In this document: one piece after another, positions 1 through 13,900 of the stretch
How the letters are laid out: every line of letters begins with the position of its first letter
Numbering within the stretch: the stretch's first letter is position 1
Source: Asterias rubens
Lineage: Eukaryota
Length of the DNA: 64,000 bases
Reading direction: 5' to 3'
Assembly: GCF_902459465.1 (NCBI RefSeq)
Contig: NC_047080.1
Span: 4,526,001 to 4,590,000 of the forward strand
Notes under the pieces: model-generated
The model's input: the letters and a program-made list of their open reading frames with translations, nothing else
The model's database searches: none
Told to the model about the DNA's origin: nothing
Made by a program: the position numbers and the translations under genes

Positions 1-24
1 TTATTCTTCTTTTACATAAACTAG

Positions 25-3000
25 GGATGGCTTCGAAAGTCCATCACCGCCGAAACAAAGAAGAAGAGTTTTTTGAATCGACAAAGTAGTACCTTGAAGA
101 AGCGTTACTTTGTCTTGCTACGCCAAGCTGATGAAGAAGATGGAGAGGAGTGCGCATTTCTGTACACGTATGACAAAGAACCAGCCACTGAGTCAGAGGC
201 ACCCAAGGGTAACTCTCTTATTTCATTTGTATCCATATTAGCCACAAAAAGCAGAGTTTAACATTAGTTACCTTTTCTCTGTTTTCCCACCTTTGATTTT
301 AAATTGTCCTTTTTGTTTCCAACTTGTTGTGGTTACACTAGCCCCTTCCCTCTGACCCCATTAGTCTCAAATTCGTTGATTCATTCCTTGCTTTTTCTGA
401 GTGCTTTCTGCCCCTCTCTCCTTCATTTTTTCCCCATTTAACTTCTTACATCTTTGAATATTTTTTCAACTTTGCAGCTAAGCTTAAACTCTCCCCACAC
501 TATCGGGTTGATAAGAAACATGATGCTACAGGCAAGTGCTTCACCTTTGAGGTCCGTACCCCAGACGAGTCATACCGGCTCCAGTCTGAGACGGAGACCA
601 ACATGGACCTGTGGGTTTTCTATCTTCAGATACAAACAAAACTGATGCAGGAGTTTCCAGGTTTGTGGTTTTTTTTTAGCATAGGTGAAAGACAGGGAAA
701 GAAACCACAGTGTTAAATTGTTTTGTATGGTATTATTATATTGGGACTTTTTAGAGCTTCCAGAGCAATAGTTTTTCTCTGTCAATACCTTTGTCACGAT
801 CAAACCCTGACTTAACTCAGGAAAAGCAACAAAGATTCTCACAAAAGTATACTCGCCAGGGGCAGGGAGATAAGAAACAATAAATTATAGGAATGTTGTT
901 GTCCCTGTGACCAGCGCACTTTTAAGTAAAGGGCATTGATACATAATTGTAAAAAGCACAATGTAATGTAAGAACTAGTTAATTGTTATTATAATATCAA
1001 CATTTATAAAGCGCCCTAATCATGGCGGCATGTCCTCTAGGGCGCTGAACAAAGTTATCAAAAAGAAATTAAAACAAAAATTTGTGATTACTTTTTCAAA
1101 CTCTAGGTAATAGATGCCATTTTAAATCTTAATCCTATGTTTGTTATATTGAAGGATACTGCTTCGAGGTGACGCCGGATGAATCTGATCCGATGCGGAG
1201 GATTGGAGCAAAGGGCTCCAAATGCCTGCTACACATTTCCAAATGGGGTCTGACTCTTGCACTCAAGGTAGGTACCCTGAAGGGAAGGTGGTCAGTTAGC
1301 TTGTTTAACAGAACTCAAAAAAAAAATCTTACAGATGAATTTTGAAGGGTTTAGGTTGGTTAGGGCTGTAACCACAGAATTATGTGTTTTGTAGTGCGCT
1401 ATAGACGATGTGGTCTGTGACATCACATGTTTACAAAAGAGCCACAGAGCCTGGACTTCCTGCAGGCAGGATTTGTACACAACCTAATGGAAGAAAACTT
1501 AAAATCTTATATTTTATGGAGATTGCACTGTCTTGTTCTTATCAACTTTTGATATGATGAAAGGGGGCACATCTCAAAACTTGTCCAGCTTTTACTTTAA
1601 TAATTCTTTTATTTGTGTGAAAATTAATACACAAAATGTCAACTTAACCAAATGACCTGTGCAGTATTGTGCCTGCCAGAATACTGAAAGAATGTACAAG
1701 GTCACACTTATTTTGAACAAAGTTCACATAGTCTAGGCCAATAGCCACTGAAAACTGTTTCATAGTGCACTGTAACAGCATAATTCTGTGTTTTGTCAGT
1801 TTGTAGTGCATTGTAACCACATAACTATGTAGTAAGCAACAACACAGAGATAAACTGTACTCTGATGTTGCTGCTATTGCTTCCATTTTATTCTCTTCAC
1901 AGAGAACCAGATCTCTCCTTGCCCAATGGCCCCTGAAGAGCATTCGCATTTTTGAGAGCTCCGAGACGGGCGCTTTCTCTGTTGATGCAGGACGCAGCGC
2001 CCCCATGGGCGAGGCACGCTACCTTTTCGGCACAAAACCCTGCGAGGATGGACAGATGTATGACCTGTTGGATGCCTTCACAACAGAAATGCAGGCACAG
2101 GTGAGAGAATGTCAACCCAATATGAACAAGGGTCCAATTTCTCAAATTTGCTTACTGTTAAGCAGCACTATGAAATTAGTCCCTGGTGAGTGTTTTGGTT
2201 GTTATACTACACATGGGTCATCTTCATAGTGCTGCTTAATATCAAGCAAATGTTTCTGCTAACTTAAGCAGAAAATTTTGCTGAAGTGTAAGCCTATTTC
2301 ACAGCAAGAAAATTAGGCAGCCAGCTTGTCGTTCACCATTTATTTCAATTCAATTCATCAACATTTATTTCCACCATGGATAATCACTACAGAAAGAAAG
2401 AAAAAAAATTGATTTGCATGTTTACGTCATATTTTTCATACAATAAGTCTCTTTGCTCCCTCCATAGAGGAATGTTGGAAGCATGGATCCTGACCAGCCG
2501 GCCACGGACGAGGAGGTTGTGCAGGAATATGAACGACTCCGACTTGCCACATTTGGTCTCCTTAACCGAAGGACCGCCTCGGGTATGTACTCATAAATAC
2601 TAAATAGTTCGCCATTTTCGCATAGTGTTCGCATAAAGTTGGGCATCCTCTGCAATTAGAAATAACAAACAATTGTCTTTATCTAATTTGCAACTTTTAT
2701 ATCTTTTCTTTGGTTGAAACAAATAATCTTAACAAGATATGTTTTAACAGATGAGGTATATCTTTACCTATGATGTAATGTGTGTGTTTTGTGAATAATT
2801 TGCCGTGTCAATCTGGGTGTTTGTTTTTTAACTCACATATATTTTATCAAGTATAAAACCCAAAGGGGAAACTGACTTGGTAAACTTCAAATAAATTTGG
2901 GTTGATCAAAGACAAATTCAGTGAAAAAAAAACCTGACTAAATATTGACGGCAGTTACAGGTTGAATGGCTTCTGACTAGCACACAAACAAATATGGTGA

Positions 3001-6000
3001 TAAAATTGGGAGAGCACCAACATAGGGCTAGATAATTCGGTAGGTAGAGAACAGGCTTGTTAATCCGGAGGTCACAGGTTCAAGTCTGGCTCCCGTCAAT
3101 TTGTCTTTGTTCAACCCAGAAGCTACCCCCTTCACCCACCGTTAAATCAATCCAACTGCCATTTCCTGATTTGATGTTTCTTCAAGCTTTTTAGAAAAAA
3201 AAAAAAAAAAATCTAACCACTGCTAACAGTTTTTCACCCTCTTCCTCCCCACCACATCTTGCACCGTGTTTCCTCTTCTCTTAAGCAGTGCTGAGTTCAG
3301 GGACCCCGTCAGCCAGTGCGGCTGTCCCTGTCCCACACAGTAGAGGGGCTACCGAGGGATATGATCGCTTGCACAGGGCACAAGAAGGTGTGTACAGAAA
3401 AAGAACAAATGATTTGGGAGTACAATGTGTATTCATTTTGGTTTTTACCGGTATAGACCATGTGACCCATGTTTACATTCAAACCGCCCTCTGCTGACAA
3501 AACACTGTATATGTCATGTTTCACCGGGCAAAAAGTCGCGTAGTCATGGTAAGATTGCATTCACTTTCTAGCTGGCTGCCAAAACACAAAGGTTTTGCCT
3601 GGCGGTATGCGCGTGAATGATGTATGGTTTTTGAGTGCGTCAGAGGTCACATCATCTATACATCGATGTGTGTTAGCACTTAACACATTCGCCACTTCGT
3701 GAAAATGAGCACACTCCCACGAATGTGCACAAAGAGACAATTTTATATACTAGGGCATCAGACTTAACAGTGGGAACACTTCCTTAAAAAGGGGTACTAA
3801 GTTTTCCAGAGGGAAAACAAAAACAAAAGCAAACTTAAAAATAAAGATGATGTTGACTACTTGAGTTTCGATGCTTTGGTATTCTTGGGAAAGAAAACAA
3901 GAAAATTTCTCTGCTTTCTCTGTTAAAATGCAAACAGCCGATGCTGTACTATTACTGTGTGCTTTGCTGTGCATTGCAATTAGCTTTGTAGACATTGTGT
4001 GAAGGGTAGATTGTTGGCTCACTTAAACTTCTTGTAGATAGAGGTTTTTTGCCCACTTCCACTATCAATTGGTAAAACTCAATTTGTCCTTCGACCCTTT
4101 TTAAGCACTGCACATTGCAATCTCTTCACAATTGTTAAGTTTCCTTAATTAACCTCCTCTTCTTCTTGAAGTATAGACTTTAGGGCCTGTTAAATCTTAA
4201 AGGGTCAATACTAAGATTTAACTTCATTCTTATTTTTCATTCTTCATTAGTTGCACATCAGCAAATGGAGAGGCCCCCTGCGCCAGGTCCACGGTCACAT
4301 GGCATTCAAATCCGGAACAATCATCCTCAAGCACTTCCAAGAGGGGCCGGCCCACCACTTCCTCCGAGACAAGAGGGCATCAGGAAGAGCCCCTCTTCCA
4401 GTTTTCAACGATCTTACTCCGAACGCAGAGACGGGCAGAGTTTAGAAAGACACGAGTACCCGTTCCCGGAAAGCCTGAAGACTCCACCATCAAGCTTCCA
4501 GAGATCTTACTCAGAACGTGCACGGAGTTTGGAAGGAAGCGCAGAAAGCGCTGGGTACCCCGCCCAAGACTGCGGGCCCTATGCTGTCATGAAGGCTTCC
4601 GAAACCCCGCCAAGTGGGGTCAGAGTTCACCGGGCGTCTGAAGGAGACATACTTCAGGGAGTGAGAGGCGCTGAATTCCCCAGGAATGTCGTCGCAACGG
4701 ATAAATTCAAGCGGATGGTGAGCAATCCCGGCACCGGCATGACGGAGTACGAGATGATGGCCATTCGTCTCGGGCAAAACCCCTACCAAAACTCTGGGGT
4801 CTCGCTGTTGCCCAACAGTTACGAGAACACGCCCTTAATCAGCCCCAGCCCACAAAATATGCCGACTGGTTTCGGAAACCTTGGATTTGTCACTTCTCCC
4901 CAGAGTGTTGAATCCGGTGGTCGGCTGCCACAGCAAAGATACCAGACCCCAAACAGTGTAGCTGTCGATGTCCACGCCGATCAAACTGACAAACATCAAC
5001 CGATCAGACATTCATATTTTCAACACCAGTTCAGGGACAGTAATTCAGGTGCAACTGCTCCCCGGGGGCCTGAAGTAGGAGCACAGAGAAGACCCCTGTC
5101 TGATCTTCCAGGTTATGCCGTGATGAAGGATGGAACGTTAGGGTCTCATCAGTATCAGGAGGTACGTTTATGGCAGAGACCAACAACCCTTCGTAGGTCC
5201 ATGTCTGTTGGTCACCTGTTCAGGAGCCCCTCAGTAAGCAGCTCGATCTCATCAGTGTTCTCTGTAGGATCACCAATGCTTGGATCTCTCGACTTGGCAG
5301 TTTCCTTACGAAGGGGTACGAGGGCTCCTACCTGGATGGCTAACAGGGAGTTACCCTCCCCGCCGCCACCCGGCACATTCACGCCCGAATTCAACACGTA
5401 CTGTGGGTCCCCTCGAGCAGTCCACCCACCATTTGCTGACTTCAGTACTCTGAACGATAACCCTACACCTTATGAGGACTTCAAAGGGAACAGGAGTTCA
5501 TTCAACAACAACAACCAAAGACGATCTGTGCTGTCGGCGAGCGAGGTACAGGGGCAGCTCTCCGAAGTAGCGTCTGAAAGATCCGCAAGAGAGAAGCAGG
5601 AGAATGAAGATGGATATTTAGAGCCTGTGATCAAGATAAAGAGGTCTAGGTCTGAAGGTGACATCCTGGATGCTATACAGACAGATGACGATCAGAGTGC
5701 ATCTCCGAGAGGTAAAAAAGCACACTCCCGATCCCGCAAAGCAAGAGGTATCTTTGCCACCCTGAGGAAAAGAACTAAGTCAAATACAGAAGGAGCAGTT
5801 ACGAGTGGTGGTGGCACTGCAGTAGCAGAGCCTGAACAAGAACCCTCCAGATCAACTAACACTTCTGTTATGAAGCGCTCACAGTCAATTCCAGATATCC
5901 TCGATGAGGGTCCACCATTGTTTCCCCAACCATACAAGCGCAGTCCCAATGTCTCCGGTGTGAAACCTGCTAGTCACTCAAGCGTTGGCACATCGCAGAA

Positions 6001-7006
6001 GTGGCGAAAGTTTGACCTTCCAAAGATCTTTCGGTCGAGTGGCAAGACTGAAGCCAGAGAGGATGTAGAAGGTGAGGGTAAGAATGACGGCAAGACGGAG
6101 AGGAGGACAAGCAAGTCTTCCCTGACTGATGTTCAGTCACCACCGAAGGCACAGGTTGGTCCTGTACCCTTCATCAAAGGAAATATTGTTGCATCTGAGA
6201 AGGCAAAATCGTTTGTGAAAGTTCGCTCTAAGGCTAGTCCCATCATAGCCTCCAACCCAAGAATGGTACCCTCATCTCCTGTGGATATGGGTGTCCCAAG
6301 AATGCACTCTCCGAATCCAGGAGCAACACCTGTTCTGTCTCAAGTCGGATTGGCCAACAAGGAAAGACTCCGTGAGGTCATCAATCGACCCCTACCGAGC
6401 CCGCCAACAGGTAATGGCTCAAAAAAGACGCAAGTGAAGCAGTTTTCACCCGTTACGAAGCAAGGTAGCCCAGATGTGAGCAGGCCAGCCATTCCCCAAG
6501 TAAAGCGCAACAGTAAAAAAAAAACTCCTCCCCCTCCCCCGCCCCGTAATCTGGTGCAATCGTCCTTGCCTGCCCCGCCCCAGAACATGGTACAATCGTC
6601 CCCGCTTGCCCCTCCATATAACGTGGTGCAATCCTCGCCCCCTGTCCCGCCGCGTAGCCTGGTGCAATCCTCGCCTGACTGCGCCTCGCTCAAATCTTCC
6701 CGGACAAACTCCAATGCCTCGGATTATGAGAACACTGTGACGGTGGACAGACGCCTGTCCGGATCGTCTCAACTCGCAAAGTCCTCCTCTTTTTCTGATC
6801 GGAGCCTCGGGAGATCGTCACTGGACAACGTGTCTCTACGCTCCTCGCGTACAAACTCCAATGGCTCACAGTACGAGAACACCAGCTTCGGATCACTGCC
6901 AGCCGAAGAGGACATTTCCCACAGTCAAACCCGACGTCTTTCAAGTAGAAACTCAGGAGTTTCACTGAACAACACCGAACAAGATGTAGCGGACACTTTT
7001 CTGTAG
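25..7006 (+). CDS. PH + IRS-type PTB docking/adaptor protein (DOK/FRS2/IRS-like), 5' end upstream of window
   Basis: Phase-consistent GT-AG exons: 25-208, 478-660, 1155-1267, 1903-2100, 2468-2582, 3289-3387, 4251-7006(stop). PH-like GWLRK..KKRYFVL..FTFEVRTPDESYRL..MDLWVFYLQ. PTB-like LLAQWPLKSIRIF..FSVDAGRSAPMGEARYLF, resembling the DOK/FRS2 PTB. The tail carries YxN, YxxM and PxxPxR motifs. Exact orthology not resolved. Confidence 0.85.
4251..7006 (+). CDS. 2.76-kb last coding exon of the adaptor (Ser/Pro-rich disordered tail)
   Basis: Acceptor tcttcattag at 4241-4250. Phase 1 matches the previous exon. Contains the 913-aa ORF of the track. Confidence 0.9.
6538..6680 (+). repeat. Coding tandem repeat, four ~36-bp (12-aa) units PPxNxVQSSP
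   Basis: PPRNLVQSSLPA/PPQNMVQSSPLA/PPYNVVQSSPPV/PPRSLVQSSPD seen in the translation; gtgcaatc/gtacaatc recurs in the DNA. Confidence 0.85.
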
Positions 7007-8191
7007 CGGATACTTTTCTGTAAGGTAAGCTTTTACTTTCAGTATTATGGGAACAAACTTTCATCACTGTTTCAAACATGCATCTAGACTTGTGTTGGAA
7101 AGTTCTACAAATGTGTTTCAACTGTTCTCGTGAATTAGGACAAAATGTTAAGTTTAGGTTAACTTTCTACAAATTTGCAAAAAATAGTTGAGGGCTCTAT
7201 GTTTTGACCCTAGCAGAGTCATGCTAGAAGTCTACAGTGGATATGGAAAGACTCTGCGAGGGTCAACAAGGCGGGTGATTAATAATTGTTTCCATGGTTG
7301 GTTAGCAGTTTGCAACAGCTTATAAAATACTATTTTCTTGTTACATATATTTATAAATTTTATGCTGGGCATGGAGTTTCGCGCATATCGAAAATGAGAA
7401 GGCAAGTCTAATTTCAAGTACATTTCAGTACATTACAGTACTTTAGGACAATGTTTATTAAACAAAATTATTTACTTTCTTGCCTTTGGTAAGAAAACCT
7501 ACTTTTGAATTCAGGGTCTATCCTTGTCTAAAAAGTTGCACATAGCAAGCAGGCCTTGCGCTTTCTTAAGACAAATTACGCATTTACAATGTTAAAAAAA
7601 ACACTTTGAAACTTTTGCCATTTTTAATTGCTTGTTCACCCTATTTACAGTACATTTGAAATGGTGCCCAAAAAGTAAAGCACTGAAATCGGAGGTTTAC
7701 GAGATGATTGGTCTTTGAATGCCAATTACCCAAAAAATACCCTGCCTTTAAAAAATGTTTATACCTTTTTTAACACTGTAAATAATTATTATAGTAAACT
7801 AAGTACTAACTTGAAAAACGTTGAAATTAATTGTTAATCTTAGTATTCTTTAAGTATTAAGTTTGACATCGCACGTTTATGTGATTGCTCCTGTTTTTTA
7901 CAAATCTATTTATTTTTATATGATTTTACTGTTTTTTTGTGTATGAAGATATTTTACTGTGTTTTTCTGAGAGAGAGTTTCCAATGATTTTGTCTAGTTT
8001 AATGGGTAACTGCAGTATAACCTTCAGAGAGTTTGGAGTTGTTGGAAAGTACGAGACAAAACTTGAGTAATTTTCATCAAGTACATTATAGGAAAGCTCC
8101 ACATTGAAGATTTTCCAAATTTGGCAACAAAAATGCCGAAACTGTACCTTTAGTGGGTATTATTACATTTTCATGACTTGGGTCATTTAAC

Positions 8192-8594
8192 TTAAAGGAA
8201 CGTTACAGAATTGGTAAGAAACAAAAATCGTGAAGATCACAGATTTTCATTCAAACTTACACGGTCTGATGATGATGGTACATGTACATGTAGTAGAAAA
8301 TATCCCTTGAAATATTTCTGTCTGAAATGTCATATTTGATGAGAAATAAATAATCTAATTTCGTGTTTGGAGTGTATCGCTCAGGGAGCGTTTTATTTGT
8401 TTTTGTTTTGGCATCGATGCAATGCAACATTTGTAATCGGTTTTTCACTATTCTCTCGTGACCGAGATGGGCGATCGATCTCAAACTTCTACAGGTTTGT
8501 CAGTTTATGTAGGCCTATGTGGTGGGTTACATAAAGTGCTTACACTGCCAGCAACGTTTTTGCTAGCAAAACTAATTCTGTAATGTTCCTTTTA
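8192..8594. mobile_element. TTAA-flanked MITE, family D (Kolobok-like)
   Basis: TIRs ttaaaggaacgttacagaatt ... aattctgtaatgttcctttaa; no ORF. Confidence 0.8.
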
Positions 8595-9429
8595 ATAGAC
8601 TAGCAGTTAATCTGCCTTGGGGAGTCAGCAGCAATACTAGTTTGTGCATGATCCAATTAAGTCCGCTGTTTGGATAAGAAATTACATAGAGATAACAGGT
8701 GTTAGTTGTCGGATGAACAGGATGTTTTAATCTAGCCTCTTTAATTAATGGAGCTTTTCAATAGTGAATTCAAAAGAAATTGAATTTGATGGAGATTTTG
8801 TTTTTATATTTTGTTTTTTCTGTTCAAAATGGCCGCAAGAAAGTACTACATTTGTGTAAGACAGCCTAACGATTGTACAATTTTGTTTGTCAACTAAACT
8901 GTTATATTTTTTTACCACTGCACTACTTATATCATACTTCTTTTTTACTACTTCTTACTCTTTGAGAATATTCAAAAGCATGCCATTTTGCATCTACAGT
9001 TTCAGGTAATTTTGGGTCATAATTAACCGTTCATCAAAATTGTTAATACTAATATTATATGTAAATGATTGACAAGTATATAACACTTTTTAAAATTTAG
9101 TTTTTAAGAAAACTTGAAAAGACGTGTGTGTGTTGTTGTAAGCTCTATACTAATTTGGATTTATGAATTTGGCTGAGGTTGTGAAATAAATTTTCTTAAA
9201 GGGCTATATAATACATATAATTATAAACAAAAGTCACCAGCTGCCAATGTTAATTCTTCTACTTCACGTATCTCAAACAACATTTTATAGTATAGCAGTA
9301 CTTCTCAAAACACTATTATTATTTAAGTTGTAAATTTGTGTGTTGATGGAAAACACTGCATTTTTTTCCCAAATGAATATCCCATAGAAGAAAATCAATG
9401 CCTCTACATGTAGTAGCTACCGGGCAACC

Positions 9430-9630
9430 TCAGTAGTCTAGTTGGTAAGACACTGCTCTAGAATTGCAAGGGTCGAATTGCAAGGGTCGTGGGTTCTAAT
9501 CATGCCCGTGATATTTTTTCACAGGACTCGGGGAAAGTACTGCGTATACAGTGCTAACACACGTAGGTGTATGGGTAAAAACCAATTTAATATTCTTTAT
9601 CCCTCATGCAAATTTAACATCTCTTATTAA
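9430..9630 (+). mobile_element. tRNA-derived SINE
   Basis: A-box-like agtagtctagttggtaagacactg and B-box-like gggttctaat. Related head at 23583-23645. Confidence 0.6.
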
Positions 9631-9879
9631 AATCAATGTTTGTTCTCAATAGAAGCGCACTGGACTTGAGCTCTGAGGCTTCTGATCACATAAAAAATAA
9701 TCTCTCAGAATAAATAATTGTGCTGGTGGAAGTCAGTTTTTAATTCACAAAACAAACCGCATATCAATCTATATACAAGAATTGTACAAAATATAAATCA
9801 ACAATTTATAAATGCATACGTACAAATGTTTTAGTAATCCAGGTGAAGTATTTCAAATGATCTTTAAATTGATTTTGTT

Positions 9880-10229
9880 TTGCATCCTGAAAGGCTTTCA
9901 CAGATTTACAAATAACTTACAGGGTTTACAGAAGGTAGTGGTGAAATACTTCTCTTGAAATATTAGTCCATGAAATGCTTTACTTTTTGAGAAAACATTA
10001 AAACAATATCAATTCTTGATATCGAGATTTACAGATTTATTTTAAACACATGTCATGACACGGTGAAACGTGCGGAAACAAGTGTGGGGTTTTCCTGTTA
10101 TTTTCTCCCGACTCCGATGACCGATTGAGCCTAAATTTTCACAGGTTTGTTATTTTGTATATAAGTTGTGATACACGAAGTGTGGGCCTTTGACAATGCC
10201 GTTTACCGAAAGTGTCTAATGGCTTTAAA
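9880..10229. mobile_element. TTAA-flanked MITE, family B, degenerate left end
   Basis: Right end ccgaaagtgtctaatggctttaa. Body is the reverse complement of 19261-19642. Confidence 0.75.
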
Positions 10230-10955
10230 TGGATCGTCAGCTCTATTGGATAATCAGGCCCAGTCTGCAATCCAATTTTTTTTAAATATAAATTCAAAAC
10301 AGATGTGCCAGAGTACTACTAGGCTAGTTTTTACTTGAAAACTGCAAAATCATGTCGTCAATTCCAGAAGGAGGAACATCAGGGTGATTTTTCATAACAT
10401 TGCAACAACTTTTGCTCAATAAATTTGACTATACAATTGAAGCTTGACAAAACTTTGAATACAGTAAAAATGAAGTTGACATCTGAAAAAAAAATAAAGT
10501 ATTCGTAGATCTGGACCCCCCAAAAATTGTTATTTTAAAATTTTTACATAATCCATTGTTCCTGATTAGTTTGTATCTGGATGACGTGTAATTCATGTAC
10601 CAATTTGAAAAAAATTACCACACTAGTGTTGCATATGGATATGGACCATAGAAAGAGAACCTGGAGAACGCTAAGCTTGACTGCCCCTTGTGTCAGCTGT
10701 AGACACAGGTTTATCACACCACCTGAAACGTGTGTATGGCAAAATAATCATCATGTGAGCGCACATAGACAATGTCTAGGTGTGGTCATAGGGCAATGAT
10801 CATGACGTCTCCTGTATGGCAAAACAAAAATGCCATCGATAAAATTGGTCTCACGATGAAATCGCACGCATAATGGCGCAATCAGCGTTCTCTGGTTCTA
10901 TTTCTATGCTATGGACGGATTGCTGTATATACAATGGCAGAAGTAGACCTTCAAA

Positions 10956-13900
10956 TCACTTGCCCTTTTTAGAGCGTGATGACCCCCGCGACCCCAAGCC
11001 TGACCTCGAAGATGAAGCTTGGGATGGAGGTCGTACCTGCTGCTGTTGGGACGGGGGTCTCCGCCCTGGGGTTGACGGTGGGGTGTCTGCCGCTCCTTGC
11101 TGTTGCGCTCCGGGGGAAGGAAGAGCAGGGGATGTTGAGGAGCTAGTTGGCTGAGGAGTGGTGCTGGCAGCTTTTACCTCACCAGGGATGGTGGGGGTCT
11201 CTGCCGCTTTCTCTGGGGTAGGGTTAGGGTTAGGAGTGGCGCTACTCCTCGAGAGGGCTCGTAGCTTCCCTTGGGTGTCTCGGAGCTCATCTTCAAGCTC
11301 GGCCATGCGGTCTTCGGCTTTTAGAGCTCGCTCTTCCGTTGCGCTGTCAAAGCAAATAAATGAGAGAATAGAATTATTATTGTTAGGCCTAATGGTTTAT
11401 TTTATTTCAAATCAAAACGCAACCAAAAGGTTTATGCCATTCAAAGTTTCTATAAAGTTAAGAAAATTGAGATAAACAATAAACGTGTTAGCTGTAAACT
11501 ACTTTGAATAAACTTACAGTAGCTGGGCTTGCAATGTCTTGACAGCCGTCAGTGCTTCGTAGGCTTTCTCTGTATCAGGAGTAGGGGTACGAGGGCCTGC
11601 TTCAGCTTGCAAAGCTGCAATACGGGGCTGCAACTGTGGGATATATCGGAAACAATTCAATGAGCTTCTCTTCAAAATTGTTTAACATCAAGTCTTTAAC
11701 CCTTTTGCAGCCAGAAACGGATTGTACTAAAAATGCCACTCAAATATCTACCTTTGGAGGTGGTCCGTTGGGTTCCTCTAGTGATAGAGTCCGTACGTTA
11801 TCATCATGACCTATGGCCTGAACCTCGCTCAAGTTGACCTCTTGACTGAGTGATGACTCTTCTCTTTCTGCAGGGGTCACTGCCACGGAAACCTGCTCCT
11901 GAAAAAAAACAGACAAACAAATATTGATTGTATACATCATTACAAGGATACATCAAGTGATGGTTCTAAATTTACACGTACCTATTTGTGCTCGATGTAA
12001 AAGGCATAAATAAGGGACTCAATGTGCGGTGAAGAGGTTTATTACTAGTGGTTTAAACCCAACGTGGCCTGGTTCTTGATAGTTTTACCAAGACAAAGTC
12101 GAGGTAAATTATCAAGAACCACTAGTTGAAAACCGATTCAACATACTTTGATTCCCATTCCTTAAAAACCTTTTCAGTCAAAAAACATCAACACTTATGG
12201 TCAAAAAGTAAAATAAATTTACCTTTTCTGCAGAAGCAGGAGTCTTGGGTTGTGTCTCTGACAGGACAGTTGGTGCAGGGGTCGCTGCGTCTGGGGTCGC
12301 CTCCGAGCCAACAAGCTGTTTGGAAATGAAAGAGACATCATGGATACAACAAAAAAATGAACTCAGGGCTCAAATTTAGGGGGAAAACCAACGAGACCCC
12401 ATGGGTTGGGGCTGTATTGAGCATTTTTACTCCACCGGAAATAATTTTTATAAGACCAGAATCAAAAAGAGAAGACAAAAAATGTGTCTGTACAGTTAAA
12501 CAAATGAGTAAAAATTGGAGTTTAAAAAAGGCGTAAGAGAACAAGTATCTATTTTTTTTCTAAGGGTAGGTAGACTTTACAGAATAAATAGGTAATTGTG
12601 AGACTCAAAATATTAAACAAACACGAGACCTCCAGACTTGATGTTCAGTCATTAAGGTCACTGCCTAACGCCAAAGTCGTCGGCTTTGCGGGCCTACATG
12701 TAAACTTTGAGCCCTTTCTACTCTGCTCGTCTTCAGGAGAATGCTTGACAATACCTACCTCAGCACCGTCAGGAACTTGAGAGATTGGCGCAAGCGTCAC
12801 AGCAACATCGGACGTTATTTCTGTGCTCCCTGGAGTAGGTGCAATCACTGGTACATAGTTTGGATCAAGGCATCGGAGATCCTCAACTAGTATTGTTGAA
12901 GTGTGGATCCATTCTGCACACTCGCCCTTCATACCGAATGAAAGAAATAACAACAGCATAAAGTTTTGAGGCATTGCATGGTGAGGTAGCGAAGGGTGTG
13001 TTTTCACGGCTGTAAACAACAACAGTTTCGGTCATTGGACAGTGATTGACCAATGCCCAATGCAACCAAAACTTTATTGGCCAGAATGCGACTATGGCTA
13101 CGTACCTTGAGTTTCTTTAAATCACGTAGTTCATGATCAGCATCTTCTGCTCCTTCATCCAGCCTCTTCTGCATTTCTTCAGTCACAATATTGGAACAGC
13201 AACTACATGATATAAAATCAAACAGACTATTGACAATCCTTGCTCAATCTAGTGGTTCAAACAAACCAATATATTTATACATTTATAGACCATAGAAGAC
13301 CAAACTACAAATACACAAATTCAAAGAATTTTACTTTCATCATTTGTTGTTATTAACTGTCTATGAAATTAAGGAGGGTTTTTTCTTATAAAGGCCTCAT
13401 CAACTCACCCTGTAATATAATTTGAGAATCGAGTCAACTTGTCAAACATCACCGCAGACTTTTCCTGAATTTGTGGAATGGTGTCCGTGGTCGCCATACT
13501 ACTCTCCACAGCCTCTAGTGGACTGTCGGGTTGATTGGGTGCCAGACGCAGCAGCACTTGTATAATCCAATGGACCATTTCTGCATGGAGTGTTGCTACC
13601 TGTTGATATCGGGACAAAGATAAATTGTTGCATGGGTAAGAGCAGGGGCCAATTTCATAGAGCTGCTTAAGCAAAAAAATTTGCTTAAGCACGAAAATAG
13701 CTTGCTTATTTTACACATGTTACTGGCAAAAATTTCATGCCATATCCTTGCTTGTGACTGGTATTTAGCTGTTATTCACTTAGCATAACAATTGAGTGGA
13801 GTCTTGGCCGATAAACTGATTTTACTAAGCAAGGATTTTGTTTGCTTAAGCAAAATTTTGTGCTTTTAAGCTTAAAAGCAGCTCCATGAAATTGGGCCCA

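Noticed and set aside
4511-6772. Minus-strand ORFs over the large adaptor exon
   Set aside because: Antisense shadows of a GC-richer, repetitive coding exon.
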